Source: Mayamaea pseudoterrestris (lineage: Eukaryota). From it: 64,000 bases of DNA. The stretch spans positions 1 to 64,000 of the forward strand of contig BROI01000038.1 of NCBI GenBank assembly GCA_027923505.1, in the 5' to 3' direction. Below are positions 35,109 through 45,950 of the stretch, in pieces. The notes under the pieces were generated by a model. The model was not told where the DNA came from. It was given only the letters and a program-made list of their open reading frames with translations, and did not search any database. The stretch's first letter is position 1. Each line of letters starts with the position of its first letter. The translations under genes were made by a program, and so were the position numbers.

Positions 35109-38100
35109 GTATTATCGTTAGCTGACAGACTATGCTTCTGGTAATGCAGGAATGGTTCAAGTAAAGCACAAATGTGGCAGCAACGACTCGCGAATGGATG
35201 CAAGTTTGGCGGAAATGGCGATGATCGTTCGTGCGATGAAGCTCGGCGCGCGCGACCTCTTTAAGTGTCGCACAGGGTCTCCACATGGGATTGAAACTTG
35301 AGGTCGTACCGGTACAAACGAGTTTCGGAATCGTTCATTCGTTCCACTCGCCTCCGACCTGCACGACCTCCATGCCTTGACAACTCTCTATGCAGCTTAC
35401 ATTAACGATCATTACTAAAGTATACAGTGAATTATCGATAAGATATTCAGAGCTTTGGATTTCGCGTGGTCAATCTGGCACTGGATGAGAATGCAGCATG
35501 CAACATGCAACTTGTCGGCTTGTCGGCTCAGGCGACAACTTCGGCTCTGTCCGAAAGTCATGCAACCGACGAGATACTTCGTTCTTTCGGTTGATATAGA
35601 TTCATTCATGAGCACAATATTTGATTGGTGGTGTCGCGCTGGTGCCAAGAATTGCTGCGTTGCGAGTTGCGATGTAACATAACACACAAGAACCCAATGT
35701 TAATGTGCTAACTGTAAACAAGACGAGCTTTCCAAGCTGTTTGAAGTAAACTTGGCACAACGACGGTGCATACTCGTTTACGTATGCGACTTGATGGTGG
35801 CGGCTCGCAATAAGCATGAAATCGACTTGTTCGCCCGAATACTTGGACTCTTGTCAGTCGCTTGCTCTCGTTTTCGCACGAAATAATTCGTTGACTGCGG
35901 CTCGTCCACTGAGTGTGTGGCACCACAATGCGACTCCGCTTCAAGCTAAATATGCCGGGCATGTTCGATAAGCGATCGAGCAGGATCGAGGGCCATGATA
36001 CAATCGAAACATCGACTATTCATTTTATGCATTTCATCCCTCACAATCAAGTCTCGTGGACCGGACCGGCTTCATGGTCGAACAACAATGGTGACAGGCG
36101 AGAAGGCTTTGCGCAATTAGAGAAGGGTTTGCAAGCAAACTAACCAATTGCCACGCGGTCCGCGTTGTGCTGCCAAAAATTGAAAGTGAGACGTTTAGGT
36201 GGCAATCATAGTCCTCAGTGATTACACTTCATATGCCGGTAGCGTGTATGATGTGCCAACATATACGTATCAACTGCTGTTGCTGAAATAATCGATGAAC
36301 GTATGGTTTGCTACGGCGATGTATGCAGCAACCCCCCATACTGAACTATGAAAAGCGCGAGATTTAGACATGGCAACATACAACCGTAAGTCTTCAATCG
36401 CTTACGCCGAATCGATTCACAGCAAATCATCCCTTTGTAGAACCTTTTTGAAGTGACGATGCTGGAGTCAAGATCATTCAGCAATAATCAATTGCAGACG
36501 ACAGCGCTGCAAACGCTTGCGTTTACTATTTGCCAGTAAATTGTCTTGTTATCCTCAACGGTTGCGACGCAAATGCATGCGAAAAGAGCGAAATTGCTGG
36601 TTGGCTGGCTGGTTGGTGGACGCTCTGATTCAGAAGCTGCTTCATGGAATGGCTCGACGGACGCTTGGAGCGACGAGTGGAGACAATCACTGCTTTCGTA
36701 TACGGACATCGCCGGAGCGCGTGACGGTAGCGACTGGTCAACGCAGCGACAGTGAAGCCATTCGAACTTTGCACCAAAAGCATGCCGATGTGTGTGTAAG
36801 CTCAGCATCGAGTGGTGTACTTTAAGGAAATTGATGGCGGGGGCCCGCTGTGTTCTTCTTGACGTTTTTCCAAAGTCGGACGAGTCGCTATTTGCCGGCT
36901 CGAATTATCAACTATTGCGGCTGTTGAATGTAAACGCAAATGAAGTGGAACAGCAGTTGTATGACGACTTCGGTGGTATTGGCGACTAGCAGAAACGATA
37001 GAGATGCTACGGGCATTTCGCGGAGCTGGGAGCTGAACCGAGCAGCATTATACAGCCGTTGATCCAGACTCGAGGCAACCAAGCAGTGTTGCCCAATGAG
37101 GAGCTAAGATGGCATGTAGGAGTAGCAGTGGACGACGGAGCCAACTCCTGTATTCATGGGCGTCCGGAAAAGGCAACTTGTGGAGAGTCGTGTAGGGATC
37201 GCACCCGGCCGACGGTGTGTGAGCGTGTCGATTAATTGCCAAGAGAAGCGATACAGGCAAGTAACTATTGCAACTAATATAAGATTACACAGCTTGGTTT
37301 GGGCGAGCGCGTCGTGTAATTGATTCGCTTCAGCAATTGCAAATTGGCGATGGCGCTGTGCATTTAAGCAAGTAACAGCAGCTGTATTCTCCGGCGACGT
37401 GCGGCGGGTCGGACTTATGTAGACAAGCGAGGGAAAGGGAGCGATGACTTCGTTGGTTGATTGTCGTTTTTGTTAAAGCAAGAGATTGTTTTTTGACACG
37501 GATCTTGGTAAAAGTCGCGGGCAAGTAAATTTTATCGGCAAACGCCTGCCACACCCTAAGGTAATAGAGGAGGTTACACTTTCAAAGTCGTTGCACTCAT
37601 ATAAAATCATACAATTGTAATGCAATACTGCGATACTATATACTGGTAATCATTTAGTGAGCCAATCGCCACAACATGCCAAGCCCGGTAGGTCTGCTTT
37701 AGTCTATCGTCGGTCGTGTCCAGTTTGTCGAAAATTTCGCTTCATTATGTCTTTCGTTGCTTTGACAAAATATCGGCATTAAGAGCCAAAAACACATCCA
37801 CAAGGCCGTGAACAGTCAAAAGGAGCGGACATCGCCAAGGACACTCCAACAGAGACGCACTCAGGTGGCGGAGGCGCCTAGAAGAGCAAGAAAAACGTGG
37901 GAGCCAGCTCAGTCTCTGCTTCGGATCTTATGTTATGCTGCCCTAAATGACACAAGCGGTCAGTACGCGAACTTATTATCCAATCTTTTGTCGACAGCGT
38001 AGTGCCGCAGCAATGGTCAGCCGATAAGCCGACATTGTTGGTCGATAAGTGGCTTATCTCATTGAACTGTCATACAAATTTCTTGAATGTCCATCAACCA

Positions 38101-38759
38101 AAGCCAATTGCGCATAGTCCAGCTTGTCAGGCGTGTATGATGTTGTGCAGCGCAGCATGAGCTCATTGGGCATGACTATCGTCAGAAGCCATCAGGATGC
38201 CACTCCCATGACGGAGATCAGCGTCAACGCCCAATAATCGCGTAGCCAAAGGATCGATCAACTTGGCAATCTGATTGTCCCTTGGCGTAAATTAAACACT
38301 TTTTGCACTCTATAGAGCGCAACCTTGACTCGTCTGTTTCCCTTGGAGTCAAAGAACCGCGGAGCTTCCACCTCAACGAGAGAATAAGGGCGGGGATGAT
38401 GCAGGAGAGTTCATTCGTTTCTGTTTTGATAATTGTCGTATGCGACTCGTCGCATTTATACTGGATGCAGCGCAGCGCATCGTTCGTTCATTTTGCTTGT
38501 ATTACTACTGTTGAAACTCGACGTTCATTGGCGTTGTTACATGTTCGATATTTTGGTGTAGCATTAGCTTCGTTGTTCTGCTTCTTTGCAACTGCGTTGT
38601 GGTGAGCGGGGAGTCTCCAAACTGCTGTGGAGCTCTTTCGATCGTTTTGACTTCAAGACGTTCGGCCTTTTCGTTTCTAGTATAACAGTATAATGGTGCT
38701 TATCAAAGCCAATTGACTCCCTTTTATCGTGATATTCAATGGCGCTGTTGCTTGTTGTG

Positions 38760-39015
38760 GATGATGGCGTCGCCATTGTCGGTTGTTGTTCGTTGGTTGA
38801 TGTACGACGGCGTTGTCGTTATCATTCGGTCGTTGTCTGTTTTTGCATGATGGCGGCGCCATTGTCGTTCGTTGTATTTTTGTTCATGTACGATGGCATC
38901 ACTATTCGCCTTTGTCGGTCGTTAGTATGGTTTGATGTTGCACGATGGCGTCGCCACTCATCTTTGTCGTTCGTTCGTCATTCATGTACGATGGCGTCGC
39001 CAGTCGTTGTTCATT
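38760..39015. repeat. Degenerate minisatellite of ~40-55-bp units with core (T/C)GATGGCGTCGCCA
   Basis: About 6 recurrences of YGATGGCGYCGCCA-like cores separated by TGTCG(G/T)TCGTT-rich spacers. Confidence 0.65.
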
Positions 39016-40031
39016 TATCACCATTCGAGTTTGGTTGTTGTTATGGTTCGTAACAATTCAGCCTGATACTCCAGACTGATGCGAGAAATGGGTTTCAAAC
39101 TCGCTTGCAACTCTGCAATGCGAAACATCATTGTTATGTTCGCAAAGCATGCATGCGGCGCATCCGCCAATTCAATCGATAAAGAGTAATAGCCGGCAAC
39201 CACGTCGCAATATAAGCCGCCCGGTGTTTAAAAAGGGAAAGCAGATATCTTTCCGCAATGTGACAAGCCAGCCGCCAAGGCAATACTCCGGAACATGCTT
39301 CGTGTTGGTTCCTTGTCTCAAACAGTTGCGAACGACTCGCTCATTGGCGAGAAAACTATACGGCAATATCAGAGGTAAAACAATTTTTGCAAATGGGAGG
39401 AGGACGAGTAAAAGTAGAACAGAGCAGTAGATCGCTTGAGCAAACGGAAAGCAAAGATGGATTCGGGTGCTTGATCAGCTTCTCCAAAGCATGCTACCAT
39501 GACAGGAGCAAGCCTGTTTTGCTTCTAACATGTCCTCTGATCGTCATCTGCTTCGACCGTTGTGTCGTGTCATTATGCCTCTCCTTCATGGGACGAAGAA
39601 TGCCGGGATTCATACTTCATAGATTGTAGCAGCAGAAGCGACTGCGCAAATCTGTCATCGACGAGTCATGCTACACGCAGCCAGCCTCCTTGAATGAGCC
39701 GACATGACTGAAAGGACGTATATTTGAACGTTTATTGCTGCATCAGAAGGATTTTTCTCAGCATTCTGTTGGACAAACGCAACGTGCAGCAGAGCAGCAG
39801 GCAGCAGGCAGCAGTGTCACTCGCTCGTCGTCTCGCTGCCAATCTCGTTTCATCATATTCGTTAGGAGCAAAAGCTAACAAGCACCAAACAGTATTCGAT
39901 ATATTCGCCATGGTTTAAATGCCAAGACAGAATGCTTCGTAGCAGGATGGGTGTCGATTGTCGATTATTTTTCGCTTGTGGCTCATTGTTGGATCCAAGG
40001 AGTGCTGCTCCTTGTCCCAAAGCGTTTTGAA

Positions 40032-40385
40032 TGCCAGTGTCGACGCCACAAGGCAATAGTATGAAACGAGTGCCAGTGTCAATAACGTCACAAGGCAATA
40101 ATATGAAACGAGTGCCAGTGTCAATTACGTCACAAGGCAATAGTATGAAACGAGTGCTAGTGTCAATTACGTCACAAGGCAATAATGTGAAACGAGTGCC
40201 AGTGTCAATTACGTCGCTAAGGCAATGTACGAAACAAGTGCCAGTGTCAATTACGTCATGAGACACTAGCACGAAACGAGTGCCAGTGAAAACTGCGCCA
40301 TGAGGCAATAGTATGAAACGAGTGCCAGTGAAAACTGCGTCATTAGGCAATAGTAAGAAACGGGTGCCAGTGAAAACAACGTCAT
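40032..40385 (-). repeat. 42-bp minisatellite array, right copy (~8-9 units), reverse complement of the 28-kb array
   Basis: Units AGGCAATAGTATGAAACGAGTGCCAGTGTCAATTACGTC and ...CCAGTGAAAACTGCGTC are the reverse complements of both variants in the left array. Confidence 0.95.
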
Positions 40386-40466
40386 CCACATTATTGCCTT
40401 ACTGGTGATGGACAAACGTCAACCACCAACATCCGCACATTTTCCGTCTGGGCTCATTCGTTCACC

Positions 40467-43187
40467 ATGGCCGACCTTGATAGCTTGGCAGCCGCCATTT
40501 CTGCCCTTGGCGAGTCGATTCGAACGTTAAAGACATCTGAAAGTCCTGACAAAGCTGCAATTGGAGCAGCAGTCGCTGAACTCGTTGCGAAAAAGAAGGA
40601 ATATTCTGAAGCCAATGGTGGAATCGGCATTGATGGAAAGACGGTGGAAGATGGAAATAATAGCAAGAAGAAGGAAGCAAAGGGACCTGCCAAGCAAGTC
40701 CAAGCCGCAGACTCAGTGAATGCGCAAAAGAAGGCAGCGAAGAAAGCTGCAAAGAAGGCGGCGGCGACGGTAGTCAAGAGTGGAGGAGGCGAAGCAAAGA
40801 AGGACAAGGATGGAAACGGGGATGCTGCTTCCGCTACAACGGCTCCAGCGGAAACTGCTCCAGTGAAGGAAGAAGTCAAGAGTACTGCTAGTAAATCATC
40901 AAACCCAGTCGCTCTGAGCAGCAGCAAGAATATTCCGCTGCAAACAGTCGGCGCTCCAGCCAGTTTGGAACCTTTGCAAGTCTCCATTAACCCCAACTTG
41001 CCGCTCACGCTGCGCCCCATTGTCGCATTATCCGTCGCTTGTCTCACGGATACAGCCATTGACTTGAAAATCACAAGTGATCACAAGCGCGTGACCACGG
41101 CGCTCGGGTTGCAGGGTGGAAACATTGTTAGCGGAGACTTGGCCATGGCTCGCTACCTGGCGAGGCGAGCGTGTGAAACAACGAATGGCACGTCCAGCAG
41201 CAGTGCCATTGCATCATTATATCCAGACAAGGAGGATTCGATTGCAGCAGCCATGATTGACATGTGGATCGATTATGCGGTGTCGTTGCAGCGTCTTGAT
41301 GCGGAACAGCGATTGAAGGCTGTAGCCATGACGGTCGAACATTCCTTGCAAAGTTCGCAGCAAACCTATTTGGTCGGGCAGTCGTTGACTTTAGCAGATC
41401 TTGCCGTCTTTTCAGCTGCTGGCTTCCCGACGCAAGCGTCCGACTTGCTTGCAACGAAACATTCTCTTCCGCAGCAATTTACTGCCACCAAGCGTTGGAT
41501 GACAATGCTTGCCATGCATCCGGCCCTTCAGGAGGCGACGCAACTTTGCATCGGGATTCATGGAGATGAAGCAGTCTTTGACGTTTCGCAAACCATAGAA
41601 CCGCTAGTGGCGGGCATGAGTCCACTCGAGGGAGCCATTGTTGGACGCGTTGTCACTCGCTTTCCGCCGGAACCATCGGGCTATTTGCACATTGGGCATT
41701 CCAAGGCAGTCTTGCTTAACGACTACTATGCTCGGCGATACCAGGGACGTTTGTTGCTGCGATTCGACGATACAAATCCATCCAAGGAAAAGGCTGAGTT
41801 CGAGGAAAGCATCGTCGTGGACCTGGCTGCGCTTGGCGTCAAGCCAGATGTTGTTTCGTACACGTCGGATTACTTTATCGCCATTCAAGGCTATGCTCGT
41901 CAATTAATACTCGGTGGACTTGCCTACATGGATGATACGCCTCAGGAGCAGATGAAGATTGAGCGAGGTGATCGTGTGGAGAGCAAGCATCGTCAGCAAA
42001 CGCCTGGAGAAGCCATGCAGTATTTTGAAATCATGTGCAGCGGTAGCGACGAAGGGTCAAAGTGGTGCTTGCGTGCCAAAATTGACATGGCTAGCGATAA
42101 TGGCACTATGCGTGATCCTGTATTATTTAGACAGAACTTGACCCCTCATCACCGTTCTGGAAGCAAATATTATGCTTATCCGACCTACGACCTGGCGTGT
42201 CCGATAGTCGATTCTCTTGAAGGAGTTTCACATGCTCTTCGAACCACGGAGTATAACGACCGTGACGAGCAATACCAATGGATCCAAGCAGCGCTGGGCC
42301 TCCGGCGCGTTCGTATTCACGCATTTTCGCGAGTCAACTTTGTCAACACAGTTTTGAGCAAGCGTAAGCTGACCTGGTTTGTCGAGCAAGGCTTGGTGAG
42401 TGGATGGGACGATCCACGGTTCCCCACAGTACGTGGAGTTGTGCGGCGGGGATTGGACGTGAGTGCGTTGCGCGCGTTTATGTTGTCGCAAGGTGCTTCG
42501 AGACGGGTTGTCAACATGGATTGGACCGTCTTTTGGAGCGAAAATAAGAAGGAGATTGATAAGGTTGCTAAGCGATTTATGGCCATTGACAAAGAGTTTA
42601 ATGTTAAACTTACAATTACCAACGGACCGACGGAGAGTGACTTTGCATTTGTCGAAACGCCTTGTCATCCCAAGGATCCGTCGCTGGGCAGTCGCGCGGT
42701 GCGTCTTTCGAACAAGATTCTTCTCGAGGCAGCCGATGTTGAAGGAGTTGTCGTCGGCGAAGCGATAGTTCTCATGAGATGGGGCTGCTTTAAAATTACC
42801 CAAGTTGATGGAGGTTTGACTGCCGAATATGTTCCTGACGGTGATTTCAAGCTGGCGAAGAGGAAACTATCATGGGTTCCAGCTGTACACGACGCAGTGC
42901 CGGTGAGCATGTACGAGTTTGACAATTTGGTATCTAAGGATCGGCTAGACGAGGACGACAAATTTGAAGACCATGTTAATCCAAACACATTGGCCATTAC
43001 TGATTTAATTGGCGATGCCGGTTTAAAGACTCTATGCGAGCATGATATCATCCAGCTCGAGCGACGCGGCTATTTTCGTGTTGATCGTCCTTACATGAGC
43101 CAGGACAAGCCACTCATCTTATTCACCGTTCCCGACGGCAAGACAAAGTCGATGTCCGGCCAAGCCGGCAAGTTGGCGCATCGCTAG
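40467..43187 (+). CDS. Cytosolic glutamyl-tRNA synthetase with N-terminal WHEP and GST-like domains
   Basis: VVTRFPPEPSGYLHIGH, RFDDTNP, YPTYDLACPIVDSLEGVSHALRTTEY, VLSKRKL, GWDDPRFPTVRG and QLERRGYFRVD. Confidence 0.96.
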   Translation: MADLDSLAAAISALGESIRTLKTSESPDKAAIGAAVAELVAKKKEYSEANGGIGIDGKTVEDGNNSKKKEAKGPAKQVQAADSVNAQKKAAKKAAKKAAATVVKSGGGEAKKDKDGNGDAASATTAPAETAPVKEEVKSTASKSSNPVALSSSKNIPLQTVGAPASLEPLQVSINPNLPLTLRPIVALSVACLTDTAIDLKITSDHKRVTTALGLQGGNIVSGDLAMARYLARRACETTNGTSSSSAIASLYPDKEDSIAAAMIDMWIDYAVSLQRLDAEQRLKAVAMTVEHSLQSSQQTYLVGQSLTLADLAVFSAAGFPTQASDLLATKHSLPQQFTATKRWMTMLAMHPALQEATQLCIGIHGDEAVFDVSQTIEPLVAGMSPLEGAIVGRVVTRFPPEPSGYLHIGHSKAVLLNDYYARRYQGRLLLRFDDTNPSKEKAEFEESIVVDLAALGVKPDVVSYTSDYFIAIQGYARQLILGGLAYMDDTPQEQMKIERGDRVESKHRQQTPGEAMQYFEIMCSGSDEGSKWCLRAKIDMASDNGTMRDPVLFRQNLTPHHRSGSKYYAYPTYDLACPIVDSLEGVSHALRTTEYNDRDEQYQWIQAALGLRRVRIHAFSRVNFVNTVLSKRKLTWFVEQGLVSGWDDPRFPTVRGVVRRGLDVSALRAFMLSQGASRRVVNMDWTVFWSENKKEIDKVAKRFMAIDKEFNVKLTITNGPTESDFAFVETPCHPKDPSLGSRAVRLSNKILLEAADVEGVVVGEAIVLMRWGCFKITQVDGGLTAEYVPDGDFKLAKRKLSWVPAVHDAVPVSMYEFDNLVSKDRLDEDDKFEDHVNPNTLAITDLIGDAGLKTLCEHDIIQLERRGYFRVDRPYMSQDKPLILFTVPDGKTKSMSGQAGKLAHR

Positions 43188-43288
43188 AACATAGAATATG
43201 CTTTGACGATAATCTAATTTCAACACTATTACTGGCGTTGAGGTCCAGCTGCTTTAAACACTGTATAAATGCCACATTGCCGCTAACT

Positions 43289-45574
43289 CTACCAGCCGTC
43301 GTCCATGTCTTCCTCGCTGCTTCCAAGAGCAAACACTAAAATCTTGTCCTTTTCGTGGCAAGGAATGTACAGTTTAGCGTAATCCGCTTCCTGTGGCATG
43401 TCAGTTGTAAAGTCGTCGTATCCAACGCCAATGCTTCCAACAGTTGACTCGCACTTGATTTCGACCATGAGCTGGTAATGCGTGCTCGCATCTGGAGGAC
43501 TGTCTTCGCCAGCTAGCTGCAACCTATCAATTTCGTCGGGGCGAAAGATGTAGGCCGCCTCGGCACAGTCACCAGCAACAGCAATGAGAGGTCGTTTCCC
43601 CAGCAGTTTATCCTGTCTACGAGCATGAAACGTGTATACCAAGCCAGGCGCACCAGGATTAATCATATTGGATAATTGCCCATTCACTTTGAAGCCTGAT
43701 GCAACCACAGTTCGTGCCCACGGTTCCGCTTTCCAGGCGTCAATGCCTTCAGGTACTCGATAGGCAAACAGCGATCCGCCCTCGTCACTGTCTGTCAGCT
43801 GAGTAACGCTCCTTGGACGGTCCGCCTCGGCGTACGTGCATTCATGGCTCGTAACGAGTAAGTGAGAAAAAACATCGCCCGCCATCGTAGTCCCAACCGT
43901 TGTGCCAGCATCAATTACGAGAGCAGCTGTGGGCGCTGCTGACTTTGTTAATCCACTCAAACCATCCAAGTCCGCGAGAATGGAGCCAAAGGCTGATCCG
44001 CATTGATCGTCAATAATTCGATCAAATGTCACGCGCGGCTTTAGCCCTTTCCGTATAGAATGCAGACCGACGCATTTGCCAAAGAACTGACTCGAAAATA
44101 CTTCAATAGTATCATCTGATGGATCCAAGTCGGCCACACAAAACATGACATCGGGTCCATCCGCAAGTACGCGTGTCGTCCATGGCGTGTGCCGCGCGCT
44201 AAAGGGATCATATACGGTTCCATCGATCTCAAGTGGCGTGTTTGTAGTCGGGTCAAATGAGTGGGGCTTTGGACACTCAAGCCAAACAAGTTGACCCTTC
44301 TTGCTAATACCCGAAGTGACGCCTCCATTTTCTCGCGACGCCACCGACACTTGACAGCGCGCCGCCAAGAGAGACAGTCGTCCGTCTCCCGTCAAGTCGA
44401 TCCACACGGCTTGATGATAGAACCATCGATGGTGCGTCGCCGGCGTCAAGCTGACCGTCCATTCTCTATGCGGATCACCTGGATACTTGACGACTCGCAA
44501 GCCGCCCCGATCCTTGCCAGGAACCAAGAACCCGTCACAGACGAGTAGTGCGTCTTGGTAATGGAGTTTCTGTCGTTGTTGCACTGTACTTGTAACGTTA
44601 ACGTTCAATATTAATTGCTCCGGCACGGCAACGACTTCGTTTGGCCACTGCAGTATTCGTTCGGTCCTTGTATTCACCGACTCCATGTTTCCCGTCTCGC
44701 AGTCGATGGACTTTAGTATTCCTTTCCGACCTGTGAGAGAAAAACCAGTCACGTACAATGTTTCGGCCGTATCCGTTCCTGTTGATTCAGCAGAATGACC
44801 AGCCGACGGAGCATACCGCGTTGGCAGCAGCGAATGCTTGTTACTATTCATCCTTTGCTGCTTTATAATCGTTTGAACATAGGCGGGTCGCTCGCAGTAT
44901 ACCTCGGCAATCAGTTCCATCGAAACCATGTTATAGTCGCGCTTCAGCTCGACTCGTTCGTCCTCGTCCAACCAGAGTAATCGATCAAAGCTCGCCAAGC
45001 TCTTGGATGGTGCCGTATTGTTGACTAGCAGTTCCGTGCCTTGACCTTGCTTGAGCCAGGACCGAGTTGGATTGTTGTGGACAATGTTGATTGTGAGTGG
45101 ATATTTTCCAGTGATAAAGCGCTGTCGAGTTTGCGTCCGCGAAAGAATGGACTGATGAAACTTGGACAGTCCAGCAAATGTCCGAGCCGATGAATATGAA
45201 GAATGATAAACGTCTTTTACTGCTGTAGATTGCTGATTGCTTTCGTATTCAAGTATTCGATCGTCCCTGTCAAAGAAAAAGGGCGACTGTGATGCCGCTA
45301 TAGCAGGAAGAAATGGTCGAGGGTTTCGCTGCCAGGAAACTTGAAAGGCTTGACAGAATGCATTATTTGCAAAACATGTTTGAATAAAGATGAGACAAAC
45401 TGACGCAGTACTTGTTGACAGTGGCCTCCTTCTGGAACCTGTCAAAGGGTTTATTGGCGTACAGCAGCTGCATGTAGCATTAGCGCTGCTGGATCGTTTC
45501 CGGCCGCTTTGAAGCTGTCCATTTCTATCCATTAATAGATGGCATTTTGATTCTACGAGATTTGGAGGATCCAT
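43289..45574 (-). CDS. FG-GAP/VCBS-like beta-propeller protein of unknown function
   Basis: 761-aa ORF with repeated Ca-binding-type motifs WIDLTGDGR, VADLDPSD and LADLDG. Confidence 0.7.
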   Translation of the reverse strand: MDPPNLVESKCHLLMDRNGQLQSGRKRSSSANATCSCCTPINPLTGSRRRPLSTSTASVCLIFIQTCFANNAFCQAFQVSWQRNPRPFLPAIAASQSPFFFDRDDRILEYESNQQSTAVKDVYHSSYSSARTFAGLSKFHQSILSRTQTRQRFITGKYPLTINIVHNNPTRSWLKQGQGTELLVNNTAPSKSLASFDRLLWLDEDERVELKRDYNMVSMELIAEVYCERPAYVQTIIKQQRMNSNKHSLLPTRYAPSAGHSAESTGTDTAETLYVTGFSLTGRKGILKSIDCETGNMESVNTRTERILQWPNEVVAVPEQLILNVNVTSTVQQRQKLHYQDALLVCDGFLVPGKDRGGLRVVKYPGDPHREWTVSLTPATHHRWFYHQAVWIDLTGDGRLSLLAARCQVSVASRENGGVTSGISKKGQLVWLECPKPHSFDPTTNTPLEIDGTVYDPFSARHTPWTTRVLADGPDVMFCVADLDPSDDTIEVFSSQFFGKCVGLHSIRKGLKPRVTFDRIIDDQCGSAFGSILADLDGLSGLTKSAAPTAALVIDAGTTVGTTMAGDVFSHLLVTSHECTYAEADRPRSVTQLTDSDEGGSLFAYRVPEGIDAWKAEPWARTVVASGFKVNGQLSNMINPGAPGLVYTFHARRQDKLLGKRPLIAVAGDCAEAAYIFRPDEIDRLQLAGEDSPPDASTHYQLMVEIKCESTVGSIGVGYDDFTTDMPQEADYAKLYIPCHEKDKILVFALGSSEEDMDDGW

Positions 45575-45726
45575 GATCTATGTAGATCGGATTCCCAGAC
45601 ACTGGATAGCGATAGGAGATGGGCGACGAGAGACGAAAGAGTGCCATCTTCAATCAAACGCTAAAAATGGAATCGGACGTCAGTCATAACCGGTCAGACA
45701 TTTTTTGAAAATCAAACTTATTGGCA

Positions 45727-45950
45727 GTACACTGTACGCTACAGTGCCAATAACTATGATTTTCATTGACATTTTTAGTACACATTGAGTCACAGTGCCG
45801 ATAACCTGATTCACTTTGGCATAGTACACTTTAATTCACAGTGTCAAAAACTTTGATTTTCATTGACGTTTTATTGTACACTTTGCGTGACAGTGCCAAT
45901 AACTTTGATATTCATTGACATTTCTAGAGTACACTTAAAGTCACAGTGCT
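45727..45950. repeat. AT-rich ~51-bp tandem array (5 units)
   Basis: GTACAC at 45727, 45778, 45824, 45876 and 45929, each followed by ACAGTG 14 bp later. Consensus tail CCAATAACTTTGATTTTCATTGAC. Confidence 0.85.

Noticed and set aside
27985..40400. Target-site duplication around the inverted 42-bp arrays
   Set aside because: The outer flanks (GTGCCCAGGAA and CAACGTCATCCACA) show no convincing direct repeat, so the block is not listed as a mobile-element feature.
45791..45950. RAG-type recombination signal sequences (CACAGTG)
   Set aside because: No ACAAAAACC nonamer at 12/23 spacing and no RAG or Transib ORF.
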